From NCBI GenBank assembly GCA_001179505.1, contig CDMY01000317.1, positions 1-64,000 of the forward strand: a stretch of 64,000 nucleotides of DNA, written 5' to 3'. The notes beneath the pieces were generated by a model. The model saw only the letters and a list, made by a program, of their open reading frames with translations, searched no databases and was not told the DNA's origin. Numbering within the stretch: position 1 is the stretch's first letter; the number at the start of each line of letters is the position of its first letter. The translations under genes and the position numbers were made by a program. This DNA is from Vitrella brassicaformis CCMP3155. Its lineage: Eukaryota; Protista; Chromerida. Of this stretch, positions 12,552 to 22,931 are shown piece by piece.

Positions 12552-12896
12552 TCCTGAAGGTACGATGGATGCATCGCACAGCTACGCAGGCCGGAAGGGA
12601 GACGCGATTGTTCTTTCTTTGCTGTGTTCGGCAGGGTGCGGTGCGTGGAATGGCTGAAGGGTTATGGAATCATGTGTGGATTCATGTGTGCATTTGTGGG
12701 CTGAAGGACTGACATGACATGGGTGGAGAGTGACTCTCAAAGCAGAGTGGTATGAGCCGATGGATGACACGGCCGGTCGCTCTCGCATGGGGTACTTAAA
12801 CATGCACTGCGCCAATCGTCAACACACAGAGCATCAGACACAAAAACTCCATTCTCAGACACAAAGAACTGCCGCGGCACGCACAAATGTCCATCC

Positions 12897-13196
12897 NNNN
12901 NNNNNNNNNNNNNNNNNNNNNNNNNNNNNNNNNNNNNNNNNNNNNNNNNNNNNNNNNNNNNNNNNNNNNNNNNNNNNNNNNNNNNNNNNNNNNNNNNNNN
13001 NNNNNNNNNNNNNNNNNNNNNNNNNNNNNNNNNNNNNNNNNNNNNNNNNNNNNNNNNNNNNNNNNNNNNNNNNNNNNNNNNNNNNNNNNNNNNNNNNNNN
13101 NNNNNNNNNNNNNNNNNNNNNNNNNNNNNNNNNNNNNNNNNNNNNNNNNNNNNNNNNNNNNNNNNNNNNNNNNNNNNNNNNNNNNNNNNNNNNNNN
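12897..13196. other. Assembly gap (300 N)
   Basis: Run of n. Confidence 1.
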
Positions 13197-13539
13197 CCCT
13201 CCTAGTCGCCTGCGTGGCCTCCGCTCGTCTCATCGCCTGCCTTCTCTGAAGTGCTCTCCGGTCCCCAATTCATGCGCTCTGCCGCACGCAGACACACACG
13301 TACACATCGACCACTGGTCAGTCGTGATATGGTGCTTAAGTGGGCCTACTGTCGAGTGAGTCTAGATTCTCTTGTATCTGACTCAGCAGGTCCGGCCGCT
13401 TCTGGAAGCGTGTGTTGTCCGGCCCACTTGCCGTCTGTTTCGACGGCTTAGCAATCACAGTCTGGCGCCTGCATATAACACACGCAGACAGAGATACAGA
13501 GTAAGGACAAATCGCATACGGGCAATTTATATTGCCACC

Positions 13540-14846
13540 TCACCTTTTGAGGGCCTTCTTGCCGTCGTCGGTGTCCTTGCCGGCCAGATCCTCAGTCGAC
13601 ATCTGTCTGGACTGGCTGGTGAACCTCTCACGCTCGTTTTCGATGGACTTGAAAGCGGCGGTCGTCAGGCGCCTGCGGGCTTCTCGATGTGCATCCGCTT
13701 TGCGAAATCCTTCGAAGGCTCCGCCGCCGGCATCGACGCGGCTGGCGGCGGGCACTCCTTCACGGACCCGCTTCTTGTTGAGGTGTGCTTCGATTGCATC
13801 CCTGCACCCCTCAACGACCTTAACACGGACCTGCATTGCAGGGATGGACACAGGGATGGACAGAGCATCTCTCCCATTCCGGGGCGCCCGTGTGTGTGTC
13901 TGCAGTGCACCGTTTGCGGGTCGATGTTGAGCTGCTTGGCGACACTTGCCAGGTAGTCCAGAAACACCTTGTACGTCAGCCCGCCAGCGCCCCGGTCTCT
14001 GTGGTAATCGAACAGCCGCAGCAGATCGCTCTTGTCGCACCATCGGCTATCATACAGACCCGAATCTCGCACCTGCAACGCACAAGAGAGAGAGAGAGCG
14101 GGCGACAAGCCATATCCCACGCACAAGACCCCCTCACCATCTTCAACAGCCCTGCAAAATGGATGAGCGAATCAGCCTCTGCGTGCCCGTCATACGCCAA
14201 ACGCAGCCTCTTGTCGACCACCGCTTCACTCAGGGGGGCTGGCGCTTCTCTGGCGGCCGACTCAGGCCGGGGAGGGCCAGGGCCCGTCGGGGCACTGGCT
14301 GGGGCGCTGACCGGCGGGGTGGGCCTGGTAGTGTGCGCACGAGCCCTGTCAAAGTCATCAAGCACCGTGTCGATGGAGTGGATGAACCGTTCTATGAGGC
14401 TCGGATCGTCGCTGAAGTGATTTCTCAACGTGTTCACGACATCACTGGCCACAGACCACAAGGCAGGGGAATCCAATGAGGCATGCCCATGCCCTTCATC
14501 GTCTCCAGGACCTGCCTGCTTCTCCTGCCTCTCCCCCACCTCACTTGGCGATGGCGACTGAGGTCACTTTTGGCGGCAGACCGCCGTTGCTTGGGTCGAC
14601 TTTGCCGCTTGAGAAGTCTTCAGGACGCTCCAGAAAGGCTGAACACGAACAACGAGGAAGGGAATCATCAGGATGGCTTTCTGACTGACCGGCACTCTTG
14701 TCGACGTCCGTAACTCACTTTCAGATAGGGAGCGAAAGTCAAAGGGGGTAGAGTCCCGGCGATGGCCAGGGGTGCCGCTGGCCTTTTCTCCTCGGTCTTC
14801 CTCTGTCATCTTTCCTTCATCCAACCCAGAATTTGAAGCGCGCATC
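13540..14846 (-). CDS. p25alpha/TPPP-like (or EF-hand-like) domain protein, multi-exon; 5' exon structure uncertain
   Basis: Spliced core LRLAYDG...IHFAGLLKM|VRDSGLYDSRWCDKSDLLRLFDYHRDRGAGGLTYKVFLDYLASVAKQLNIDPQT resembles the p25alpha pattern (F.K...DSGL.D....D..F......L.F..F...L..+A). Recognised by eye only. Confidence 0.5.
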
Positions 14847-15012
14847 TCAACGGCGGCTAACGGTTTTTCCTGGACCGGCTGGCTGATTGTCCTCTGCCCG
14901 CAGCCCTCCGCAGCTTCCCAACTGTTTGCAGCCCTCCCCTCCCCTGCTGCAGACCCCACCCGCCCCCTTCAGGCAGACGACAGACAGACGGACAGCCCCA
15001 GCCCCGTTGTCG

Positions 15013-16316
15013 ATGGTGACAACGCGACAGATGGAGTACCGGCGGGCGACGGACGTGACTGTCGGTGGTGTGCAGCTGGACCTGAAGAAGATTCAGCGGA
15101 GTGTGTCGTGCTGGGCCCTTGACCGCAAGTTCTGGATGAGGCACCAGAAGGAGGTCAAGGCGTGGGCGGCTTTCGTTGTCGTCCTGCTCGTCTGCTACAA
15201 ATACTTCTCAGATGGAGGTAGGCACCGGGGTGTGCCGGGCGTGGGTGGGGCGGGTGGTCAGGACACACACGTGGGGTGGGGTGGGGTGAGGTTGGAGGGC
15301 ACACTTGCGGCTCGTCCTCCGTGTTGGTTTGCTGGATGGCTGGGTGCAGGGTTCAGTGCGATTCTGACGCTGTCGTCGGCATTTCAGTGTTTCGCGTTTG
15401 TGCTCCTGGTGGTCAAGATTGTGACACAGGGCAACTGTGCGGGCATCAGCACACACTCCCTCGTCATGAACGGGGTGGCGCTACTCTCACGGCTGTGCTC
15501 CACACTCTTCTTCAACGGCTACCTGCCCGTCGACAAGTGCTCACACACACACACACACCCCACACGCGGACGCGGCAACGCACGTGTCCAATGTCTGTTT
15601 CGCTGGTTCAGGTCCGGCGACTGGGTGTACCAGGCGGCTGACGTTTTGTCCCTGGTACTGACGGTCCTCATCCACATCCTCATGAGGACTCGGTACAGGA
15701 GCACCTACCAGGCGCAGCACGACAAGTTCCCCTTCATCCTCCCCACACTCATCGCCGCGGGCCTGGCCTTCCTCGTACACCCCCGCCTCAACAACTGGCT
15801 CCCCGCCGACTTCGCATGGACATTCGGCCTCTACGTCGAGTCACTCGCCATGCTGCCACAACTCTTTATGATGGTACAAGCGGATGGATGGATAGATGGA
15901 TGGATGGATGGTCCCCCACACACGCAGACGCAGACAGATCGGCCACATTGCTTCTGTGTGTCGGGTGGGGTGGGGTGTCCATCAGAGTAAGGCTGGTGGC
16001 GAGGTGGAGGCTCTGAACAGCCACTTTGTGGCGTCCGTTGCGGCGAGTCGGTTCCTGGCCTTCCTGTTCTGGGTGCACTCGTACACAGAACTGGGGCCCA
16101 GGAGGGGCAAGGGATTCAACTATGCCGGTAGGGATCCGTGCCAGCTTGATGATCGATGGCTACACGGCATCAGGTGTTGTGTGTGTTGGCCTTATAGGTT
16201 GGGGTGTATTGGTGGCGTTTGGGACCCAGCTGCTCGCTCTGGCGGACTTTCTGTACCACTACATCAACTCCATCCGGCTGGGCAGGGCGCTCATCATTCC
16301 GGAGATGGGCGTCTGA
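15013..16316 (+). CDS. ER lumen protein-retaining receptor family protein (ERD2-related class with an N-terminal extra TM)
   Basis: Motifs AGIS...L, RLCSTLFFNGYLPVDKSGDWVYQ, YQAQHDKF, LVHP, AWTFGLYVESLAMLPQLFM, SHFVA and DFLYHY. Multi-TM protein; GT-AG introns are in phase. Confidence 0.9.
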
Positions 16317-16783
16317 GTGAGCTAGACGACGCTGTGCATGGTGTCCATGGTGTTATCGTATCGTATCGTATTGCATGGTATTGTTGGTTCGGGGCCTGTC
16401 TGCCATATGCCATAATATGCACACACATGCGATGGGTGTACATGTTTGTATGTATTGGCTGCTCCGGTGTTGCTCTCTCTATCTCTTTCTCCTTCCTCTC
16501 TCTCTCCTGTCTCTCTCCTCTCTCTTTCTCTCCCACCCTCCCTCTCTCTGTGTCTGCACTGCCATGAAATGATTTAAACCGCCTGCCTGCCTGCCTCGGG
16601 TGCCTCCGTGTGTCTATGAAACTCTTTGCTCTCCCTCCCTTCCTCTGGCTGCTGGTTGCTGCTGCTGGTGAGCTAGTCACATAGACCTACGGCACCGTAG
16701 CGAGGGTAGGCACAGACTCTTTTGGCCTTCCTAGGATGGATGGATCGAGAGAAAAGGCAAGGCGGCAGGGGTTGACTTGACGA

Positions 16784-17860
16784 TTGACGAGAACGATCGA
16801 TATTTATCGGGGTGTGTGTCTGTGTGTGTGTGCGTGTGTATGTGTGTGTGTATACGTTAGGTGGAGCTGTCTGGTTTTGTGTGATGCAATGTGTGAGAGG
16901 TGGGTGTGTGGTGTGGAGCGTGGTGTGCAGTGTGGAGTGTGTAATTGCGTGTCTGCATGTCTCTCGCGGTGTACAGCCAGCTCAGCTGTACAGTGACAAT
17001 CGACGTCGGCCGATCGATCCACATCGATATTCCCCGTGTACAAATGTGGGTGGGTGTTGTACATGTGTACTGTATATACATATAACACACAACATACAGA
17101 CGCCTGTCCTTCTGCCTCCCTACCTGACCTGCCTATGCGCCTGCCTATACCCGCCTGCCTGCCTGCGTACGCTCTCGCCTTTCTGTCTGTTCTGTTTGTG
17201 ACCGAGAGCTCGCCTGTCTGCCTGCCCGCCTGCCTGTCTGTCTGTCTGTCTCTGCGTACCTGCATGGCCGTACACACATACAGGTACACACACACACAAG
17301 TACGCTTCATTCATACCATTGGACAGGACAGCATACACAGGGATGGGTTCTGCGTGTGTGATGGATTGTTGCTCCGATGGAGGAAGGGAGGGTGGAGTGA
17401 GTGAGAGGCAGCCAGCGGAGCGGAGCGGGGCAAGACACACACGCATCGATCATATCGATGTGAAGGGCATCGTGTGCGCGCGTGTGTATGTCGATGTCTC
17501 TGCTGGCTTCCAACTCTCTCCGATCCCCAGCAGATCGATAATCGATGTAGGATGATGCTTACGGTAGCCGGATGCTGCAATAAATCGCGGCTGAGTGGCC
17601 GACTGACTGACTGACTGTCTGTCTGCATGGAAGAGAGAGGACGGTGAACGAGAGAGCGAGAGAGGTATGATCGACCAGAGAGAGAGGAAGTGTTTTTTTG
17701 CGGCATGGTAGTGCTGCCTGTGCCTTTGCCTGCCTGATTCATGGTTTGATGGTGAGATTGATGGACTGACTGACTGACTGATGTGCAGGAGTCCATGGGT
17801 CTGTCTGTCTGTCTCTGCGTGTCTCCTGTACGTGAGTGTGAGTGTGTGTGTCTGTGACCA
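16784..17860. repeat. Mixed microsatellite/low-complexity intergenic tract ((GT)n, (CTGT)n, (CCTG)n, (ACTG)n)
   Basis: Visible simple repeats; ORFs here are repeat translations. Confidence 0.8.
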
Positions 17861-17952
17861 TGATGGTGTCGGATTATGCCAACAGGCACCTTCGTGTGTT
17901 AGTCTTCCTGACTCAAAGGTGATCCGCCATCCCCAAAAGGAGCCTCGCCCAC

Positions 17953-17989
17953 GGGGTTAGGGTTGCTGAAACCCTGCAGTTTAACCCTG
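17953..17989. promoter_or_regulatory. Telomere-repeat-like motifs upstream of the PPPDE gene
   Basis: ggggttagggtt, aaaccct and ttaaccct within 40 bp, about 100-135 bp upstream of ATG 18088. Confidence 0.3.
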
Positions 17990-18087
17990 CACTTGACGCC
18001 TTTTCCCGATGAAGAGGAAATGACGGGCGCGTTGACGTGGTGACAGTATCAGCACAGCGCAGCGCAGCTGTGATCCGATTGACGCAG

Positions 18088-20026
18088 ATGGGCGGCCGGC
18101 CTGAGAGCAGCGAGGATACAGTGAGCGACGGTGGTGACATTCCGATTGGCCACTCTCCCTCGCTGAGCAGTGACTTCTCGCCGCACGTGCGGGTCAACGT
18201 TTATGACCTGGACGACTTCACCGGCAGGATCAACCGCATGGTGCGCGTCTTCAACACAGGTCAGTCAAAGACCACAACAACAGATCAATCTGCTCTAGCT
18301 TGTATGCGTGCTGTTTGTATGTGTGTGTGGCTCTCTCTCCTCTCTCTGTCAGGCGTGTTTCATGCTGGTGTTGAGGTCTACGGGGTGGAGTGGTACGTGG
18401 GAATGAAAGAAATGAACACACACAGGGAAAGAACTGGGCAAGTGTTTTGTGTGTTGACCTGCAGGTCGTTCGGTCAGACTGGCGACGACAGCACTGGTGT
18501 GACGAGCAACGACCCGCAAGGCCACACCGGACACATATACAGAGAAAGCATCGACATGGGGTGAGTGAGTGAGACCGGCACACACCGACACAACCAGCCA
18601 ACCACCCACCACCCACCACCGCTCATGAGTGCAGCGATACACGCCTCTCCCCTCGCCAAGTGCTCGACCTGATCGAGCAGCTCGAAATAGACTGGCCAGG
18701 TCAACAACACAACCCAACAAACATCCCTCTGTCTGTCTGTCTGTCTGCCTGCCTGCAGGTGACTCGTACAACATTCTGAAGCGCAACTGCATCACGTTCT
18801 GCGACCAGTTCTGCGAGCTGCTGGGAGTGGGTTCGCTGCCAGAGTGGCTCAAGAGCGCACAGACACAGGGCACACGACTCGGGGAGCGAGTAGATGCCGC
18901 CGTCGATCGCATCAAGGTGCGCCGCGCGACAGACGGAGAGAGACGGAGAGAGACGGAGAGAGACGGAGAGAGAGAAAGAGGGAGGGAGGGAGGGAAGAGG
19001 ATACACGTGTACCTGTGTGCCTTTGTGTTTGTCGTCCGCTAGTGGATCGACTCGTCCTTGGGCATATCCAAGACGGTTCAGTCGATGGGACGGGCCATTA
19101 GCAACAAGAACGAGGTGAGGGAAGAGAATAAGACAAGGTGCGCGCCATGTTGATATGCGTGTGCGTGAATGAATGGTCAGGAGTATGGAGTGACCAGGAA
19201 GGTCGAAGAGGCCGCCAGAAAAGTAGGCAGGCACCTGAAGATCTTGGCCACACGAGAGACAGAAGACAATAGCAACTTCCTTGTCCTCTCCCTCCCTCCA
19301 TTGAACAGGCAGGCAGTGCGATGTCCTCATCCCTCGACCGTCTGGCCGTCGCCGTCCAAGATGCGCTGGCGACCGCTTCTAAACCATCGTTGCCGTCATC
19401 ACCTCGGCGTGTCTACCCGGACCAAGCTGCTGATGGCCCGCTGGAGCCCCCGCACGTCAGGGCGATGCGCGACAAGCTCACGGAAGGCACACATGGGGTG
19501 AGTGGGATGGGCGAATGCATTTGTGTACTGTATGTGCATTTGTGTGATTGTGTGTGTGTGGAAGCAGGTGGTGGAGTGGCGGCGGTCGGATGATCGGGAG
19601 GGTGTCGTGGCGCCGGCGGCGGTGAGCAGCTCCTACGAGAACGGCACACCCGTCCAGCCATCAGCCGCAGCAGGAGCGGGAGCGGGGGAGCAGAGGCCAC
19701 AGGTGAGACAGACGTGTGTGTCAGGCAGGCACCACACAGTCAGGAGGGTGTGAGTGAGACTTAGCCATCCTTTGGCTCTGGGTGTCTGTCTGGGCGTGGG
19801 TGTGTGGTGTGTAGGGTGGGCTGTATCCACCTCTATCGGACGTTGTGGTCAGGCCAGCAAAGGCAAAGGTACGACGTCAGTCAGGGCATGTCAGTCACCG
19901 TGTGGGGGCGGCGGTTTGTTTGTATCCTCTCTCTCTGTTTTTTTCTGTGTGGTGGTTTGTCTGCGTGTGCAGCCTGGCGACGATAGTGAGGGCATCACGA
20001 CCTGGAAATACGACGAGAGGACGTGA
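18088..20026 (+). CDS. PPPDE/DeSI-family (DUF862) deubiquitinating/deSUMOylating-type cysteine peptidase
   Basis: Spliced VRVNVYDL...GVFHAGVEVYGVEWSFG...HIYRESIDMGDT...[33 protein letters not shown], with the catalytic His and Cys motifs present. Ends PGDDSEGITTWKYDERT*. Confidence 0.9.
18931..18970. repeat. (AGACGGAGAG)x4 intronic minisatellite
   Basis: Four exact 10-bp units. Confidence 0.9.
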
Positions 20027-20788
20027 TACACGGCATGCTTCTTTGTCTAGAGACGAAAGAATGTCTGTGTGTGTGTCGTGTGAGTATACAAACATCACAG
20101 CGGCATCGCATCCAGACGTGTGTGTAGATCAGACAGATGTGTGTATATCTGACTTTGCTGCTAGTTCCCCTTGCTGCTGTGGATGCACGTGTGTGTGTGT
20201 GTGGGTCTGAGTGGATGAGAACCTGACTGACTTACGTCGGCGGTCGGCCGCCAAAGGAAGGAGTGAGCCAGCCGTCGGTTGACTGACTGACTAAGTGACT
20301 GACTGACTAGTGCTGACATGACATCATGTGTGTCTGTCTGTGTATGTGTCTCTGTGTCTGTCTGGTGTCTATCCTATTATACATACTGACTCCTGCGTGC
20401 TGTCGTCTGATGTCATTGATCAAAGCAAGCAAGATATGCAGCTTGTATGAAGCTGCATATCTCGGGGTCTAGTGTTCGCAACTAAGTCGACTCCATCCAT
20501 CCATCCATCCCATGTGGTGCCGACGACTACGCTACAGAGCACCAGCCATGCACCCACACACACACGCACGCGCTGCCTCGCAGACAGGCAGGCACAATCA
20601 TCGGACAGTCAGTCAGGCCTCCCACATACTGTACTGCACATAGACAGAGGGGCAGTCGCTTGATTAGCGACTAGAAGCATATATCGCTCTATGGTGTAGG
20701 GCAGGGTAGGGTGGTCCGCCTCCTTTCCTATTAAGTACACGTACGCACACGGCCAGCCTGCCTGCCTGTGGCCCTATCTAGCAGCTAG

Positions 20789-21097
20789 CTATTTCTGAAC
20801 CCTGCCGCACTTCTTGCAGCTCTTCTCCATCATGGCCAGGCAGCAGAGAATACCTGTTGCAATAACGCACACACACAAACACATGATGACAGAGGCCAGT
20901 TGTGTTGCGATGCATGAGTGGCTCCTACCGATGGGGAAGCAGAGGACAGCGAGAGTCAGTCCGCAGCACGTCGGCTGCACCTCTGTGAACTCGCAGACGC
21001 CTCCCCTTTCGCACCCCCCCGACAGCACCACCTGATGGACGACCGGGAGCTGCGGTTGCTGGACCACCGGCGGAGGCAGGGGAGATGGAGCCGACAT
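20789..21097 (-). CDS. BRI3/brain protein I3-like (DUF2367-type) small Cys-rich membrane protein, ~77 aa, 2 exons
   Basis: Exon 21097-20929, phase-1 intron, exon 20853-20789. Gives a Pro-rich N-terminus, then GGCERGGVCEFTEVQPTCCGLTLAVLCFPIGILCCLAMMEKSCKKCGRVQK*, matching the T-CCG...FP-G-+-CC...+-C-x2-CG pattern. Confidence 0.75.
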   Translation of the reverse strand: MSAPSPLPPPVVQQPQLPVVHQVVLSGGCERGGVCEFTEVQPTCCGLTLAVLCFPIGRSHSCIATQLASVIMCLCVCVIATGILCCLAMMEKSCKKCGRVQK

Positions 21098-21266
21098 CTC
21101 TCACTCGCTGCTCGGGACACTTGACGAGGAATCAAGGTGTGAGTGCAGCTAGATAAGGCGCAAGGGAACAACACAGGCTAGCCGGGGAGTAGCACAGAGC
21201 GACACACAGATGTACAGAGATGCAAAGAAGCGACAGATGAATGAATGGGTGAGGAACCAAGCAGTC

Positions 21267-21326
21267 GAGCGGTCTTATGCAAGACAAGATCTCTGCGAGC
21301 GGTCTTATGCAAGACAAGATCTCTGC
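21267..21326. repeat. Exact 30-bp tandem duplication
   Basis: gagcggtcttatgcaagacaagatctctgc x2. Confidence 0.95.
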
Positions 21327-21514
21327 GACAGAGAGAGGGAGGGCGGGAAGGGAGAGGAGAGAGAGGACAAGATGTGTGCGAATCGGGAATGGAGGAGAGG
21401 AGAGATGGGATCATGACACGAACTCCTCCGCCACTCAGATAAAACTGGTCTAAGCCGTAAGGCGTGTCCTTCACCGTCAGGCCTCCTACATTGTACACCC
21501 AAACGTTTACCTAG

Positions 21515-21526
21515 ACCCTAAACCCT
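21515..21526. promoter_or_regulatory. Telo-box-like ccctaaaccct upstream of ORF 21560
   Basis: gaccctaaaccct about 35-45 bp upstream of the first in-frame ATG. Confidence 0.3.
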
Positions 21527-21559
21527 GCCCCTGATTCGATCCATTTGCATGCGCTCGAG

Positions 21560-22510
21560 ATGCGCCCCACACGCGCGGCCGTGCATCAGGCTGGCGTCAG
21601 CAAGGTCACGGCAGCCCTCCAGCAGTGCAACCTCTTCGAGGTGGCCCACCTCCCACACTCACCCGTCTCCCTCGCCATCCAGCGCAAGGGCTCCTCGGCA
21701 GACCTGTGGACCCCTCTCGCCACACGATGCGCATCAGCCTTCCGGCCACAAACGCAGACCTGCTCATTCAGCGGCCTGAAGAGCTGCCACGGCGTCCCGG
21801 TCATCTGCGTCCTGCTTGACCCTTTTCTGACGTGGTTCTTCGATGGGACTCTGCTTGCCAGGATGCGGTCAGGCCGTCTCGAGGTGGTCAAGGGCGGCAA
21901 GTGGGACGCATGCAGCTATCGCTGCAGCGATGGGACGACCACCAAGCCGCTGTGGCTGCGGTGCTGGACAGCTCTGGAAGACCCCTCTTTTCTCAGGATG
22001 TCTTTCGACGAGCTGAGACGACGCCCACCGCCCCAGCAGACATGCACACGGCAGCCCCGAAACGGGCTCTCATCGGTGCTCTCGGCAGCGGGAATCCCTG
22101 TGACCTGCCCCTCATTCGGCCCCATGACATGGCGAGACGGAGACAAAACCGCTCCCATCCGGGTGGCGATGACAAAAGCCAGGCACAGTCGGGTGGAGTA
22201 CAAGCGATATGGCCATTGGGTGGGGTGGACCACCGAAGACACACAGACAGGGGATGGCGTTGACCTGCTCGTGGTGGAAACCGGTGAGCATGTCTACGCC
22301 ATTCCAACCATAGCGCTTCTCAATCACACAGGGGTGTCTAGAAAGGGTTTCCTCCTGTATCCCCCTGGCACACCGGTCGGCACCCGAGGGCCGAAGAGGG
22401 GCGAGATGTGGGCGGAGGAGTATCGCATCGATGTGGGGGAGAAAGAGCATGCCACGAGACAGCTGCGACGCATTTTTGAGATGGTTAAGTGGAGAGGGTG
22501 TGATGCGTGA
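21560..22510 (+). CDS. Intronless hypothetical protein; possible tandem degenerate PD-(D/E)xK (restriction-endonuclease-like) folds
   Basis: 316-aa ORF with globular composition. Two half-domains: DLWTPLATRC...FSG...VPVICVLL...TWFFDG...GGKWD and IRVAMTKAR...GDGVDLLVV...VYAIPT.ALL..G....FLLYPP...WAEEYRID. Fold assignment is from memory of similar families. Confidence 0.55.
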   Translation: MRPTRAAVHQAGVSKVTAALQQCNLFEVAHLPHSPVSLAIQRKGSSADLWTPLATRCASAFRPQTQTCSFSGLKSCHGVPVICVLLDPFLTWFFDGTLLARMRSGRLEVVKGGKWDACSYRCSDGTTTKPLWLRCWTALEDPSFLRMSFDELRRRPPPQQTCTRQPRNGLSSVLSAAGIPVTCPSFGPMTWRDGDKTAPIRVAMTKARHSRVEYKRYGHWVGWTTEDTQTGDGVDLLVVETGEHVYAIPTIALLNHTGVSRKGFLLYPPGTPVGTRGPKRGEMWAEEYRIDVGEKEHATRQLRRIFEMVKWRGCDA

Positions 22511-22931
22511 GAGTGAGTGCATGTGAGACCAGATTCGGACGCGCGAGCGCAGCGCATGGACGGCATTGCACCGATGCAAGTGACTGCATTTACCATGTGA
22601 GACCTTGTCCAGGTTCGTTTGTTTGTTTGACACTTGCTCAGCCAACACCAACCAAGCAGAGAAAGAGTATTCCTTACCTCGCTCGCCTCGCCTGCCCCTG
22701 CCCCGCCCTCCCTGCGCCTTGTATACCTGTCTGCTATCCAACAGACCAGCAATCGACAACAAAAGGGTGCATCCACCGTATGCTACACGTCATACTACAC
22801 AAACAGACGAACACCCTCCTCCCTCCCTTCCCCGGCAGATCAGGATAGTACTGACTCCAATGGATGGACCTCTCAAATCAGTCAATGAATAAGTCAAGCG
22901 GCCGGCCGGACGGACCCGGCCGACCAATCAA

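Noticed and set aside
12730-13359. ORFs spanning N-runs (also 29380-30192 and 54120-55723)
   Set aside because: Artefacts of translating assembly gaps.
21267-21326. 30-bp direct repeat as a CRISPR-like array
   Set aside because: Only two adjacent copies, no spacer, no cas genes, and a eukaryotic context.
21178-21502. Small minus-strand ORFs (MYNVGGLTVKDTPYGLDQFY...) upstream of the BRI3-like gene
   Set aside because: No in-phase splice link to the BRI3-like exon was found and no family match; more likely promoter or UTR sequence.
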